This document shows positions 1 to 14,440 of a stretch of DNA of 64,000 nt, in pieces. The notes under the pieces were generated by a model. The model had not been told where the DNA came from and ran no database searches. It saw nothing but the letters and a program-made list of their open reading frames with translations. How positions within the stretch are numbered: position 1 is the stretch's first letter; the number at the start of each line of letters is the position of its first letter. The translations under genes and the position numbers were made by a program. This DNA comes from Eledone cirrhosa (taxonomy: Eukaryota), in the NCBI GenBank assembly GCA_964016885.1, contig OZ024751.1, forward strand, positions 33,914,001 through 33,978,000, read 5' to 3'.

Positions 1-55
<55 letters not shown>

Positions 56-1013
56 GTATTTGTTAATGTGCGATACAGCGTGTATTTATATCAGAGAGAA
101 AGACTCTTAATAAGTTAGGGGGAGAAATACATAGGAAACAGAGATATGGAGAGAAAGATAGAGAGAGAGATGATGATGATGAGACATAGGTTGGAGAGTG
201 TGGCGGTGAGAGAGGAGAGGGTGAGAGAAGGATAAAAGGAGAACGAATGTTTGCATGTAATCTTGATTGCTGTGGCTGTTTCAATAGGTGAGATAAAATG
301 GTTTCCAGATTAACATGTAATGCTTGCATTAGTCTATAGCTGCTGATTTACTTGGTGCCAATCATTGCATTCAAGCTGGCATGTAGCTCTCTCTCTCTCT
401 TTCTCACTCACTCTCTCCCCCCTCTCTCTCCCTCGTTATGTAACTATCTCTCATTCTCTCTCTTTATCTATTAATATATCTATCAGTGTTCATTCTCTGT
501 GTGTGGAGGTGGCGGTAGAGGTGGATGTGTTGGTGGGTAGATATGAAAACACTGTAGATTTGCGGTTCTGACTGTGAGCTTATGTACATATGTAAATGGC
601 AATATATAAGTAGAGCATGTATATATATATATATATATATGCATGTATGAATGTATTTCTTTGTGTGTGTTATACATACATACATGTGACTGTATACAGA
701 TGTATGCGTATATCTCTGTATAGTTTTTGATTACATGTTTGTGGCTGTAAGTGCAGCCGAGAAGCCATTAGTGATATCGTAGTTTCACCAAACATGACAA
801 AGATCAACACATGCACCCTATCGTTTATATCTAAAGCAACTATATCTGCTAAATATTTTAAAGGACATGCTCCATTTCACACTCTTTGACTCAAACACAA
901 CATACATGTATATATATGTGTGTAGATATATATATTGTAGGATCTGTTTCCACAACAGAATGAGAAATTTCTCATTTTTCCAATAAATGGTTTAATTTGG
1001 GCTCTCACTATAA

Positions 1014-1078
1014 ATAACTGTTTCTACTTTTGGCACAAGGCCAGAAATTTGAAAGGAACAGGGAAGTCGATTAAATCG
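1014..1078 (-). mobile_element. tRNA-derived SINE, 3' fragment
   Basis: Reverse complement matches the SINE tail (..ctggccttgtgccaaaagtagaaac) seen at 32739-32923 and 61574-61762. Confidence 0.65.
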
Positions 1079-1552
1079 CCTCTGTTCCTTTACTGTTAGT
1101 TCTTCTGTGGAACCAAGGAGATGGTGGTACTATACATAGATCACATCACAGACATACTCTTCTCTCACACACACAGTTGCACAGTTACATCAATCCTTAG
1201 AAGATTGATCCCAGAAAAGAGAGCAAGCGATCGTTAGATTAGAGCAAGTAGATTATGTTTCCATAGGTTTCTACATTGCTGATAGCGTCGGCTGGTTGCA
1301 GCTCGTGGCAGAAAAAAAAACTTTTCCAGCGCGCGGGATTTGAACTCAGAACGTACAGAGCCGGAACAGTTAGCGCAGATCATGACATGGCGTTGGAATT
1401 GATTAATCGACACCAAAATAAGGCAAATTTGACATTGGCGACGGATGACCGCAGAAAGGTGTAACCAATACCAAAACTATCAATGGAACGCCCAAGTATA
1501 ATTCGAACTTGCTGATCACTTCTGAAACAAAAAGAATAAAAGTAACATTATG

Positions 1553-1750
1553 TAGCGTCGGACACCATGCTTTGAAGCATAGAGTTACGGCCCTTTACTG
1601 CCTGAGTTCAAATCCCGCCGAGGTTAGCTTTGCCTTTCGTCATTACAAGGTCGATAAAATAAAGTACCAGTAATGGACTGGAGTTGATTTAATCGACTCT
1701 CCCCTCTCCCAAATTGGCTGGCCTTGTGCCTATAGTAAAAATCATTATTT
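1553..1750 (+). mobile_element. tRNA-derived SINE (octopus-type family), 5'-truncated
   Basis: B-box GAGTTCAAATCC followed by cgccgaggttagctttgcctttc..gtcgataaaataaagtaccag..gctggccttgtgcct; more than 10 copies in the window. Confidence 0.85.
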
Positions 1751-2245
1751 AAATCTTCTGCCATCCTTTATAACTGATTGCAATATAAAAAGACGACAGA
1801 TATATTTAACCATATCACTAAATAATACAAACACTTTGTATAGATAATCATTGCCACCACCCTCTCCGCCATTATCATCGCCAACATCTTCTACATCGTC
1901 ATCATATTCATGAAATAACATCGCTAAATAAACCGAGTCTCTGTTGAAACCTTACAGATTGTTGTGAACATGAAACCATATATGTGCAACATCTTCAGAT
2001 GTGACAGACTTATAGAACTGAATAAAATATATAATATATAAATATATACAAACATAACACATATATATATATATATATATAAGTGGTTATGTGTATGTAT
2101 GTATGTATGTATGTATGTATGTATGTATGTATGTATGTATGTATATATATATATATATATATATAGTAATAATAATAAATTTGAAGACTATATATATATA
2201 TATAGTCATTGCGTGTTTATATATAAGTGGTTATGTGTATATATG

Positions 2246-2392
<147 letters not shown>

Positions 2393-2654
2393 TGATTGTG
2401 TATATATATATATATATATGTGATTGTGTGTGTGTGATTGAGTTGTTGACTTGGAGAAATATTAATGTCAGTATATATTTTTGATAGGGGACGGATTCAA
2501 TTCTGACAGTGGGAGTTAAATATATGTCTTCTATTTGATGCAACCTTTTGGACTCGTCTTCATTGCCGAATTTATCCACACGAATTAACTTGCTAAGCTA
2601 AAATTTAGGAGTGCCATCTCAATCCACAATGTATAATATACATACAATCATACA

Positions 2655-2723
<69 letters not shown>

Positions 2724-3889
2724 TATATATATATATATATATATATTAGATATTCAATACATAAGTAGTGAGAACAACGTAGGTTTACGATATAACATCT
2801 TAGTTACACACACACACATGCAGGAAGGTAAAAATCGACTATAACAACTACCACAATATCTAGAATGGAGGAGAACGCGGAGTTGCTCAATATGTAATCT
2901 CCCTCATCATAAAACGTGGAAGATTCTTCTGAGAATAATTTCCAAACTTTCATAGATAATTTCAATTCGATTGACAATCCTGAGTAACTACTCTACCTGG
3001 CACCGCCGCCCCCGTAATCACAACAACAACCAACACTATCAACATCACCACCACCACCATCATCATCACCATCAACATCACCACCATCACCACCACCACC
3101 ATCATCATCATTGTCAATATATAAAAATGATTAATATGTTTACCACATTTATTTGTACCTTGTAAAATATAAAATACGTTTCATCAGCTCTGTTGGTGAT
3201 CTTCAGGGAAATCAGTATTTAGATCGCAAAATAACTTTTTTTTAGTTTCATATATATATATAGAGAGAGAGTGTGTGGTAAGAGGGAGAGGGAGACACAC
3301 ACATAGACAGATACAAATATACTTATATATACAAGTAAGTACATATATATATATGTGTGTGTCTGTCTGTGTGTGTGTATGTATACTGTGGGTGGAACTG
3401 GCAATAATGATGAGGGAATTAATGGTGAAAAGAGTTGACTAATTTGGTATTTTACGACAGTAAAATAGACAATGGAATGCCAGAAGCCAGAGATTGAAAT
3501 ATTTGTAGGAATGAAGGAGGTTGTGGAGAGACAGTGGTCATTGATGGTTCATGGGAGAAATATTGGAGGAAGCAGCTGAAATACTTGTCTATACTATATA
3601 TTTAAGTCGATATCTGTGTGCATGTATGTACGTATGTCTATATGTGTGTGTGAATGTAATGTATATTTGATTATATATATGTTTATATGTACGTATGTGT
3701 ATATATATATATATATATGAGTGTGTATGTACATGTGTGTGTGTGTGTGTGTGTGTCCATGAAGAGAATATTCCCGATACGTTGACTGTTTAACTCTTTC
3801 TTTTAAGCGTGAAACTAATACAACTTTATGTTAATGTCACCTCTTTTTTGTTCGTTTCTTTTTTCTTGATATATATATATATATATATA

Positions 3890-3953
<64 letters not shown>

Positions 3954-3957
<4 letters not shown>

Positions 3958-4108
3958 AAAATGTTTAACCCCGACGGCAGAGCTCAAGCCGTTTCGAGGG
4001 CTATTTCTGGACTAGATTAATCATTTTCCTATTACCCACTCTACTACACTAAGTATTGAGTACTCTAGTGCGTTATGGTCCATCTGGTTTCTTACCACAC
4101 TTCCTTCG

Positions 4109-4110
<2 letters not shown>
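3954..4110 (+). mobile_element. (TA)n-embedded fold-back element, copy 1 (right hairpin arm largely deleted)
   Basis: High identity to 39996-40191; (TA)n on both sides. Confidence 0.85.
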
Positions 4111-4140
<30 letters not shown>

Positions 4141-4143
<3 letters not shown>

Positions 4144-4655
4144 CAAGTTTGTTCTTGGGGCCCTTCTTTGTACTTCGTCTCGTGCAGTTGGTTCATCTGG
4201 GATATTAGCAGAATGTCAAGATTTCTTGAAAACATCTACATCCAACCCATGTATGTCTTTCAGGTTTTCTGTCACCTTATTAAAAGGGCTGGGATGCTTT
4301 GAACCCCTGGCACGTTATTAAAAGGGCTGGGATGCCTTGAACCCCTGGCACGTTATTAAAAGGGCTGGATGCTTTGAACCCCTGGCACGTTATTAAAAGG
4401 GCTGGATGCTTTGAACACCTGGCTATTTCAGTATATTGTTCTTACTCTAGGTGTGAAGGTTGGCGCTTCAGAATGGTGTCTCTTTCGAGGGTTGGTGCAG
4501 CTTTTAAGGCCAATGTTTGGTGCTAGTCCTTCCAGGATCTTCCATATGTATATCACTGCGTATCTCTACAGTCTTCGTTCCAGGGATTACATCTTTAGTT
4601 CTGTTATCCTTCCCCAGCATCTCATCTCCTTCATTGAAGCACATACAGAATCCTA
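4141..4655 (-). pseudogene. Decayed 3' end of a CR1-group non-LTR retrotransposon ORF2
   Basis: Minus-strand translation SLERRL*RYAVIYIWKILEGLAPN..FNKVTENLKDIHGLDVDVFKK..IPDEPT, with stops and frameshifts. Confidence 0.75.
4275..4418. repeat. 37-38 bp tandem repeat (~3.7 copies) inside the LINE fragment
   Basis: cacgttattaaaagggctgggatgctttgaacccctgg repeated. Confidence 0.9.
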
Positions 4656-4659
4656 GTAC

Positions 4660-4826
4660 GTACATGACCCTACCACATGCATGACCCTACCACATACATG
4701 ACCCTAATATATACATGACCCTACCACATACATGATCCTACCTCATACATGATCCTAGTATATACATGACCTTAGTACATACATGACCCTAGTATATACT
4801 TGACCCTAGTATATACATGACCCTAG
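4660..4826. repeat. 17-19 bp minisatellite
   Basis: tacatgaccctaccaca / tacatgaccctagtata units. Confidence 0.85.
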
Positions 4827-4992
4827 CAGGTAGCAAATGTTTTAGTGTGGAACTTTATATTTCAAGAATGGAGGAGCTGGTAGCGGATATAAAAGAACCT
4901 CTTTGTGACTAGAAGCCAGGTTAGAAGAATGGCTGAATGGATTGAAAGTACGTCATCACCTTTACCTCAACATTATCTCACCAACATCATCA

Positions 4993-6846
4993 TTGTCGTT
5001 GTTGTTGTTGGTAATGGTAGTGGTGGTGGTGGTGGTGTTGGTAATGGTGGTGGTGGTGGTGGTGTTGTTATTGTTGTTGGTAATGGTGGTGGTGGTGGTG
5101 GTAGTGGTAGTGGTGGTGGTGTTGTTGGTAATGGTGGTGGTGGTGGTGGTGGTGGTGGTGGTGGTGGTGGTGGTGGTGGTGGTGGTGGTGGTGTTGTTAT
5201 TGTTGTTGGTAATGGTGGTGGTGGTGGTGGTAGTGGTGTTGGTGGTGGTGGTGTTGTTGGTAATGGTGGTGGTGGTGGTGGTGGTGGTGGTGGTGTTCGT
5301 GGTGTTGTTGGTAATGGTGGTGGTGTTGTTGTTGATAATGGTGGTGGTGGTGGTGTTGTTGTTGGTAATGGTAGTGGTGGTAGTGGTGGTGGTGGTAGTG
5401 GTGGTTGTGGTGGTGGTGGTAGTGGTGGTGTTGTTGGTAATGGTAGTGGTGTTGGTGGTAGTGGTGGTGGTGGTGTTGTTAGTGGTAGTGGTGGTGGTGG
5501 TGTTGTTGTTGTTGGTAATGGTGGTGGTGGTGGTGGTGGTGGTAGTGGTGGTGGTGGTGTTGTTGTTGTTGGTAATGGTGGTGGTGGTGGCGGTGGTGGT
5601 GGTGGTGGTAGTGGTGGTGTTGTTGGTAATGGTAGTGGTGGTGGTGGTGTTGTTGGTAATGGTAGTGGTGTTGGTGGTAGTGGTGGTGGTGGTGTTGTTA
5701 GTGGTAGTGGTGGTGGTGGTGTTGTTGTTGTTGGTAATGGTGGTGGTGGTGGTGGTGGTGTTGTTAGTGGTAGTGGTGGTGGTGGTGTTGTTGTTGTTGG
5801 TAATGGTGGTGGTGGTGGCGGTGGTGGTGGTGGTAGTGGTGGTGGTGTTGTTGTTGGTAATGGTGGTGGTGGTGGTGGTGGTGTTGTTAGTGGTAGTGGT
5901 GGTGGTGGTGTTGTTGTTGTTGGTAATGGTGGTGGTGGTGGCGGTGGTGGTGTTGTTGGTAATGGTAGTGGTGTTGGTGGTAGTGGTGGTGGTGTTGTTG
6001 GTAATGGTAGTGGTGGTGGTGGTGTTGTTGTTGTTGGTAATGGTGGTGGTGGTGGCGGTGGTGGTGGTGGTGGTAGTGGTGGTGTTGTTGTTGGTAATGG
6101 TGGTGGTGGTGTTGGTGGTGGTGTTGTTAGTGGTAGTGGTGGTGGTGTTGTTGTTGTTGGTAATGGTGGTGGTGGTGGTGGTGGTGGTGGTAGTGGTGGT
6201 GGTGGTAGTGGTGGTGTTGTTGTTGGTAATGGTAGTGGTGGTAGTGGTGGTAGTGGTGGTGGTGGTAGTGGTGTTGGTGGTAGTGGTAGTGGTGGTGGTG
6301 GTGGTGTTGGTAATGGTAGTGGTGGTGGTGGTGGTGTTGGTAATGGTAGTGGTGGTGGTGGTGTTGGTAATGGTAGTGGTGGTGGTGTTGTTGGTAATGG
6401 TAGTGGTGGTGGTGTTGTTGGTAATGGTAGTGGTGGTGGTGGTGGTGGTGGTGTTGTTGGTAATGGTAGTGGTGGTGGTGGTGGTGGTGGTGGTCTTATT
6501 AGTAATGGTGGTGGTGGTAGTGGTGGTGGTGGTGTTGTTGGTAATGGTAGTGGTGGTGGTAGCGGTGGTGGTGGTGGTGGTGGTAATGGTAGTGGTGGTG
6601 GTGGTGGTGGTGGTGGTGGTGGTGGTGGTGGTGGTAATGGTAGTGGTGGTGGTCGTGGTGATGGTAGTGGTGTTGTTGGTAATGGTAGTGGTGGTGGTGT
6701 TGTTGGTAATGGTAGTGGTGGTGGTGGTGGTGGTGGTGGTGGTGGTTGTGGTGGTGGTGGTGGTGGTGTTGTTGGTAATGGTGGTGGTGGTGGTGGTGGT
6801 GGTGGTGGTGGTGGTGGTGGTGGTGGTGGTGGTAGTGGTGGTGGTT
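4993..6846. repeat. 1.85 kb (GGT/GTT/AGT)n cryptic trinucleotide array
   Basis: GGT runs punctuated by recurring GTTGTTGGTAATGGT; open in two frames only because of composition. Confidence 0.9.
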
Positions 6847-7304
6847 CATTCTAACATCATTAATTTCATTGAAAAAATAATAAAATAATAAAAAGTTCTG
6901 TCAGATGTTGAAAGAGAAGTAAAATTAATGGTTGAAGTAACAGGAAAATATCCCCCTCTCTGTCTCTCTCTATCTCTATCTCTATCTCTATCTCTCTCCC
7001 ACCCTCTCTCTCTCTCACCTCTCTCACACACACATCTCTCTCTCTCTTTCTCTCTCTCACACACACACACACAACTCCCTCTTTATCTCACATCTCTCTC
7101 TATCTTTCTCTCTCTGTCACACACACATCTCTCTATCTATCACTCACATGTCTCCCTCATCTCTTTCACATCTCTCTCACACACTTCTCTCTCTCTCTCT
7201 GTCACAGATCCCTCTTTCTCTCACATCTCTCTCTCAGATCTCATTCTCTCTGAGATCTCATTCTTTCACTTGCTTTTTCACTTTCTCTTTCTTTCTCTCT
7301 CTCT

Positions 7305-7344
<40 letters not shown>

Positions 7345-7960
7345 CTATCTACCTACGTCTCCCGCTATCTGTCTATCTGTCTATCTATATATCTATATAT
7401 CAGTCTGTCTGTGTCCAGTTCATTATCCTGCGACACATTCAATTTTACAATCCCTTTGCTGTCTTTTATCTCTCTAATTCCATCTCTCTTATATATGTTC
7501 TCCACTACTCTCCTCCTCTCTCCCATCACTGCTTTCTCTCTTCTCTCTCTCCCTGTCTCTCTATCTATCTATCTTCTCATTCCATATGATTAACGATAAT
7601 AATCCCTTCTCTCCTAACCCCCCTCTCACCACTACCTTCTCTCCTTACCCCCCCCCCCCACTCTCACCATTACTATCTCCATCCCTTCTCTTTCTCTCCT
7701 AAAATCTCTCTATTGCAATAAACCTAGTTCAAAGCATCACTGATTAGCGACATTAAGGTACAGAAGAGGAACAATTGCACAACGTCCACTTGCCTTTTAC
7801 ATCTCCTCCTCCTCGTCCTCCTCCTCCTCCTCCTCCTACTTCCCCTCCTCCACCTTCTCCTTTTTTTCTTCCTCTTCTTCTTAATATTCTTCTTTTCCTT
7901 CTCATCATCATCATTATTTACTCCACATACCTAATATGGAAGAATAACGTTTACAACAAC

Positions 7961-7993
<33 letters not shown>

Positions 7994-8061
7994 TTGTATA
8001 TATTATATTATATATTATATATTATATATTAACAATAACAATTGTAATATTAATAATAACA

Positions 8062-8835
8062 ATTATTATTACTTTATTGGTCACAAGTGCCGAAATATGT
8101 CAAACAATATTGAAAGTAAACAAATAATACAGGTAAAATAAACGATGAAGTTATAACGATAAGAATCCCTTAGGAAAGAGGGGTGGGGGAGTACCCCCCA
8201 CGGGTAACTTCGGAACCCCACAGATCCTATATCACCCTAAGGTGCACCATAGGAAATTGCTCCTCCCTTCTAGCAACAATCTACTGGTGCGTGGTCAGAG
8301 TCGGCTCATCCACTTGAGCCATTTACCTGAGCCATCCACTTGAGGCATCTACTTGAGCCTTCCACCGGAGCCATTTACCTGAGCTATCCACTTGAGCCAT
8401 CCACCGCAGCCGTCCACTTGAGCCATCCAGCTGAGCCATCCACTTGAGCCATCCACCTGAGCCATCCATCTGAGCCATCCACTTGAGCCATCCACTTGAA
8501 CCATCCCTTGAGCCATGCACTTGAGCCATCCACCTGAGCCATCCACCTGAGCCATCCACATGAGCAATCCACTTGAGCCATCCACTTGAGCCATTCACCT
8601 GAGTCATCCACTTGAGCCATGCACTTGAGCCATCCACCTGAGCCATCCACCTGAGCCATCCACATGAGCAATCCACTTGAACCATCCACTTGAGCCATGC
8701 ACTTGAGCCATCCACCTGAGTCATCCACTTGAGCCATTTTCACGAGATTCATCCACCTTTTGATAAATGTGAACAACTCCCTTTCCAACCTCACCTTCCC
8801 TTGAAGAAGTTGACCGAAGGGAAACTGTGTTCAAT
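8062..8835 (-). mobile_element. Tx1/L1-like LINE 3' end interrupted by a minisatellite
   Basis: VRLERELFTFIKRWMNLVKMAQVD..EPTLTTHQ* and 3' UTR homologous to 22303-22820; ends in AATAAA and a (TAA)-like tail. Confidence 0.7.
8305..8737. repeat. 13-bp minisatellite (TGAGCCATCCACY), ~33 copies
   Basis: Direct tandem array. Confidence 0.95.
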
Positions 8836-9438
8836 CCTATGTTGTTGTTGTTGTTGTTCTTGCTGGTGTTGTTGCTGGTGTTGTTGTTGTTGTTGCTGTT
8901 GTTGTTGTTGCTGTTGTTGCTGTTGTTATTGCTGTTGTTGCTGTTGTTGTTTTTCTTGCTTCTTTATTTTTCTTTTTTTTTTCTTTGTTTTAATGCTTGT
9001 TGCATGTTATTTATGTTGTTGTTTTAATGTAGGGTTTGTGATTGAGTGAACATAAAGATGTGTTCTTTCCCTGTCCATGGCTTCACATGAATTAGTGTGG
9101 TGGTGAGAGTAGTGGTAGTAGTGATAGTGGGGGTTGTAGCGGTGGTGGTAGTGGTAGTGAGGGTAGTAGTGGTGAGGTGCCTTTAATGGTGGTATTAAAT
9201 TACAATTGATATTGTTGAAGTTACTGTTGTTGTTATTGTTGTTGCTTTTGTTGTTGATGTTATTATTATTATTATCATTATTATTATAACCGTTGTTGTT
9301 GTTGTTAGTCTAATCTATGTGTCCATTTAATGTTTGAAGTGAAGGATGGACAAGGAAAGAGATAGCAATTTTAGGTTAATAGCTTTTGTTTTAAAAAACA
9401 GACTAACAATATCGAATATGGAGACCTATTTACACACG

Positions 9439-9473
<35 letters not shown>

Positions 9474-9707
9474 GTGTGTGTATGAATATCTATATATATA
9501 TATATATATTGTATGTATATAACTAAAATAAAGAGGAACAACAAAGCAAACAACACAGGACAATGAAGAGATATATTAGTTTAACGCTTGATATAGTAAG
9601 AAAAGAGCATTTACGACTCAGATACCTATTCTACGTCAGAAGATGGAATGAGAAATAAAAAAACTGAAATAGAAAGATGGGTGGTGAGCAGAGGAAGACA
9701 ATGCCCA

Positions 9708-10171
<464 letters not shown>

Positions 10172-10244
10172 GCCTATATGTGAAAACAGGCTATATGTTT
10201 TGTGGAAGAAACAGATGAGAGCCCCGCTATTCAAGAAAATAATA

Positions 10245-10560
10245 TTTCGTTATAAAAAATTATTTTTCTTTTTTGTGCAGTGAACATGTCACAGATATCT
10301 CAGTTGCCGTTGAAAATATCAGACAGCTATTTCAACATTCGATATTTTCTACTTACTACATATGAATGAGAATCTTAGACAAATATTAAATGCACAGATT
10401 CTATATGGGAACTAGTCTATCTTCATCTTAGTACGAGTGGATGTCACTGATGAGAGATTAACGAATCTTGAAACAGCAATATTGTAAGCTCAACAACATC
10501 TGGAGTATCTGTGATATGTTCACAGAACATGATGAAAAATGTGTTTTCTTTGATAGCGAG
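10245..10560 (+). mobile_element. Old fold-back element carrying a hammerhead motif
   Basis: Arms gtgaacatgtcacagatatc (10280) / gtatctgtgatatgttcac (10523); atgtca-CTGATGA-gagatt aacg aatctt-GAAAcagc at 10441-10477. Confidence 0.65.
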
Positions 10561-10816
10561 ACGCTCATGTATTTATTTTAAATACACATTTCATTAATGC
10601 TTCCATATACACCATTATTATGCAGAACGCTGTCTTAGTGCTACAGCCAATATATATATATGATGTGTGTATGTGTCTGTCTATGAATGCATACTGTTAA
10701 ATAACATATTCTGTGGTATATCTTTCAGCATGCGGTTTAAATGAATGTGCGTATGTGTAATTACCGTGAGCGCTTTTACTGATATCCGAAATTAAAAAGA
10801 GTATACACACACATAC

Positions 10817-10956
<140 letters not shown>

Positions 10957-11467
10957 ATGGTACATACATATATACATCTACATATTCCAGTATTATAGAC
11001 ACAATTAAGTGCACTTTTCCGACTACTTTGCTTTCCTTATTTAATTACACATTCAAATTAATTTTTCTTGCTTTATTTTTTCTTTCCTTCTATTATCTCG
11101 GTCTCTTTTTTCTTTCCCTTTTTTTTTTTTATTTTTGTAGATAAGTGAGACTTTTTTTCTTGTATTTTCTAGTTTCCCCTTCAGAATTATTGAGAACGCT
11201 TTAACAGGTTTCTGAATAGATTGGTAATAATAGTGATATCTAGAGCGATATATTAATGTATGATGGAACCATTCTATAGAAGCTTTTTTCTGGTATTCCT
11301 ATCTTTGGAGGGGGGTACGGCTTCTTTTGGATTTCTTGTTTCCTTTCATTTTCGAATGGAACCGCTATTAATTCTTCAAATTCTTTTTTCTAATATTTTT
11401 TTTGGAGGGGGGGATTTTTTGCTCTTCTCCATAAATTTCCTACTTAATATGTATATATATATATATA

Positions 11468-11511
<44 letters not shown>

Positions 11512-11906
11512 CATTATAGGTATATGTATATACATGTGTGTGTGTATGTGTGCGCGTGCGTATAAATATATATGTATATACATACACACACAGATAGATT
11601 CTTCAAAACTTTGATATTTTTTTATTTTGTTTAGCTGTAGAAGCTCTTTGTGAGGTGTATTTTCAGTGCTATAAGGGGCTTTCAAGTTCTTGCCGTTCTT
11701 CTTCTTGACTTGACTGTTCTTATTTTATTAGGGTGTTCTTCTTGTTGTTATTAAGGACACGACTCTCACAATAGCCTCACAAAACAATGTTCCACTTCAG
11801 TCACAATCCATCTCTTCCGATCGGAAAATCGTGTAACAAATCTAGAAATGAATCGACTCCTGGCTCGGTGAAAGATGTTAGTAGTAGTAGCAGTAGTAGT
11901 AGTAGC

Positions 11907-11959
<53 letters not shown>

Positions 11960-12051
11960 ATGTATTTTAATCATTTATATGATATATATACACGTATTTA
12001 CAGATATATATACATGTGTGGATGGGCGGCTACATATCATATGCGTATTGC

Positions 12052-12137
12052 ATGCGTGTATATATACACGTATAATTATACGTGTATATATACAGGTATA
12101 ATTATACGTGTATATACACACGTATAATTATACGCAT
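12052..12137. repeat. Tandem array of a 26-bp self-complementary unit
   Basis: tatacacgtataattatacgtgtata x3. Confidence 0.85.
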
Positions 12138-12658
12138 TTATATATAATGCATATATTCATACATGTATATATATATATATATATGATCGTGTGTGTACAT
12201 GCGTACACGCACATTTCTTTCTCTCTCCTATTGAATCTATCTTTTTGTAGTAACCTTTGATATATTTCTGAAGATTCTAACCCTCACCAACCGTTCCAAA
12301 AGCTTCTCCCAATCCAAACAATGAAAATTAAAATGATAAAAAAAACACACCAGGTGTAAATATATGAAATACCTTTGTAACTTCTTGGCCGTAGATTAAG
12401 GCTTTTTTCTTTGTTTATTAGTTTTAACTTATTAACTTATCAACAATTCTTATTTTTCTTTCTTTTTCACATTAGCAATACTATTTAATGTTTTCTGAAC
12501 GTCTCCTCTTTTAGATTAGCAACTTTTAGCGAAATTTTTAGTTTTTACATTAGCGACATTTTTTCGTTTTTGATGCTACGTTGTACTTTTTATCTTAGCT
12601 ACATTATCGTTCGCCTTTTTTTTTAACATTCATGGCTAGTTTTCTTAAAATTAGTAAT

Positions 12659-12749
<91 letters not shown>

Positions 12750-12941
12750 GTATTCCATGATCGTTTCCATATTTGGATTAACAAAGTTATTTTTTTTTAT
12801 ATTTTAGCAACTATTTTAACACAGGTGTTTTTTCTTTTTTACGATGTCTTTTCTTTCTAAGAACTTTATATTAGCAACTACCTGGAGACCCACTTCTGAT
12901 CTCACTGCACATCACCATAAATTGTAACTATATATATATGC

Positions 12942-13053
<112 letters not shown>

Positions 13054-13145
13054 GTGTGTGTCAGTATATAAATATATATCATATTTATATGTATATACAT
13101 GTATATAATTTATTTTCATATATGTACATATACACGCGCGCACGC

Positions 13146-13189
<44 letters not shown>

Positions 13190-14349
13190 TTCAACAGACC
13201 AGCGTATATATATATAAGATCCCTGAAATAGCCCAAACCAGCCACGACTTTAGCCGCAAAATTTTTACTCAATGCACAAAATATGACATTCAATAAACAA
13301 ACTTATGATTGAAATAAAATGAATGAAATAATTTTGAAAGAAAATAAATGATGCAAAATTAGTGAATGAAGTGAACGAATTAATAAGGAAATTGTATGAA
13401 TAACATATGAAGAACGAAATAGGAATAGAATATAATGATTGTAATAAGATAAATGAAAGAGTTTGATTGGAAGAGAATGAACGAAATAATAGGAATAATA
13501 TAATGTAAATGAAATGAATTTCAAAAAGGAATGAAATATTCATAAAACATTCAATGGCCAAACACTTATAAATAACAATTGAAAGAAAATCAATAATAGA
13601 AGGAAAATCAATGAAATAAAATGAATGGTGAAAAATATGAATGAATTAAAAAGGAAGTATATATAGGATAGAAGATGAATGAAATGAATGAACAATAGGA
13701 AAAAGGATATAGATGAAGCTGAAGATGAGATATATGAATACTGAAATCTGCCAGACAAATGTTCCCACAATGTTTATCGTATATCTGTCTTAAGAAGAAG
13801 ACGTTTGATTTATATATTTATATATTTATGGTTTTATTGTTCCGCCATTTTATCATATAGATTTCTGAATTTGACACAAGGCCAGGAAAGAAATACTGTA
13901 AGATGGTGGAACAACAGACGTATGAAGGAAGGGGAAGAGTTAGTCGGATACAGTCATGGTTAATATACACACACACTGACACCAACACTCACACACGCTG
14001 ACAACAAAACACCAACACACGCACACACACACACACATATATATATATGTATGTATATACAGATATATATATATATATATATCCACATTCAAACACACAC
14101 ACACATTCATACCCACACACAAACTCACTACTACACACACACTTCCTGTATTTGACTGTTACGATGGGGCAAGGGCCAGGGTGATGTTTGCTGAATTTTA
14201 ACTCAAAACAGTCCAGTAACTATAAAAGTGACAATTTCTAAAATACCCACATAGCCATATATTTCGTGAGAAGGAGTAAATCGAATATATCGACCCCGAT
14301 ATTTCACTGTTATGGTGATCGATTTGGCCGAGTCCTTACAATGTTCGGT

Positions 14350-14440
14350 TATTCTCTGGATCTGTATGTTGTGAGTTCAAACTCCGCTATGGTTTACTTT
14401 GCCTTCATCTTTTCCTGGTCGTTAAATAAAGTACCAGCCC
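14350..14440 (+). mobile_element. SINE fragment
   Basis: gagttcaaactccgctatggtttactttgccttcatc..aaataaagtaccag. Confidence 0.65.

Noticed and set aside
1935-2005. Hammerhead on the minus strand (CTGAAGA plus hairpin)
   Set aside because: No GAAA or stem I/III in register
4905-6888. 649-aa Gly-rich and 648-aa Val-rich ORFs
   Set aside because: Products of a (GGT)n array with almost no codon diversity, non-ATG starts and no signal peptide
8323-8794. WMAQVDGSSG repeat proteins
   Set aside because: Translations of a 13-bp minisatellite
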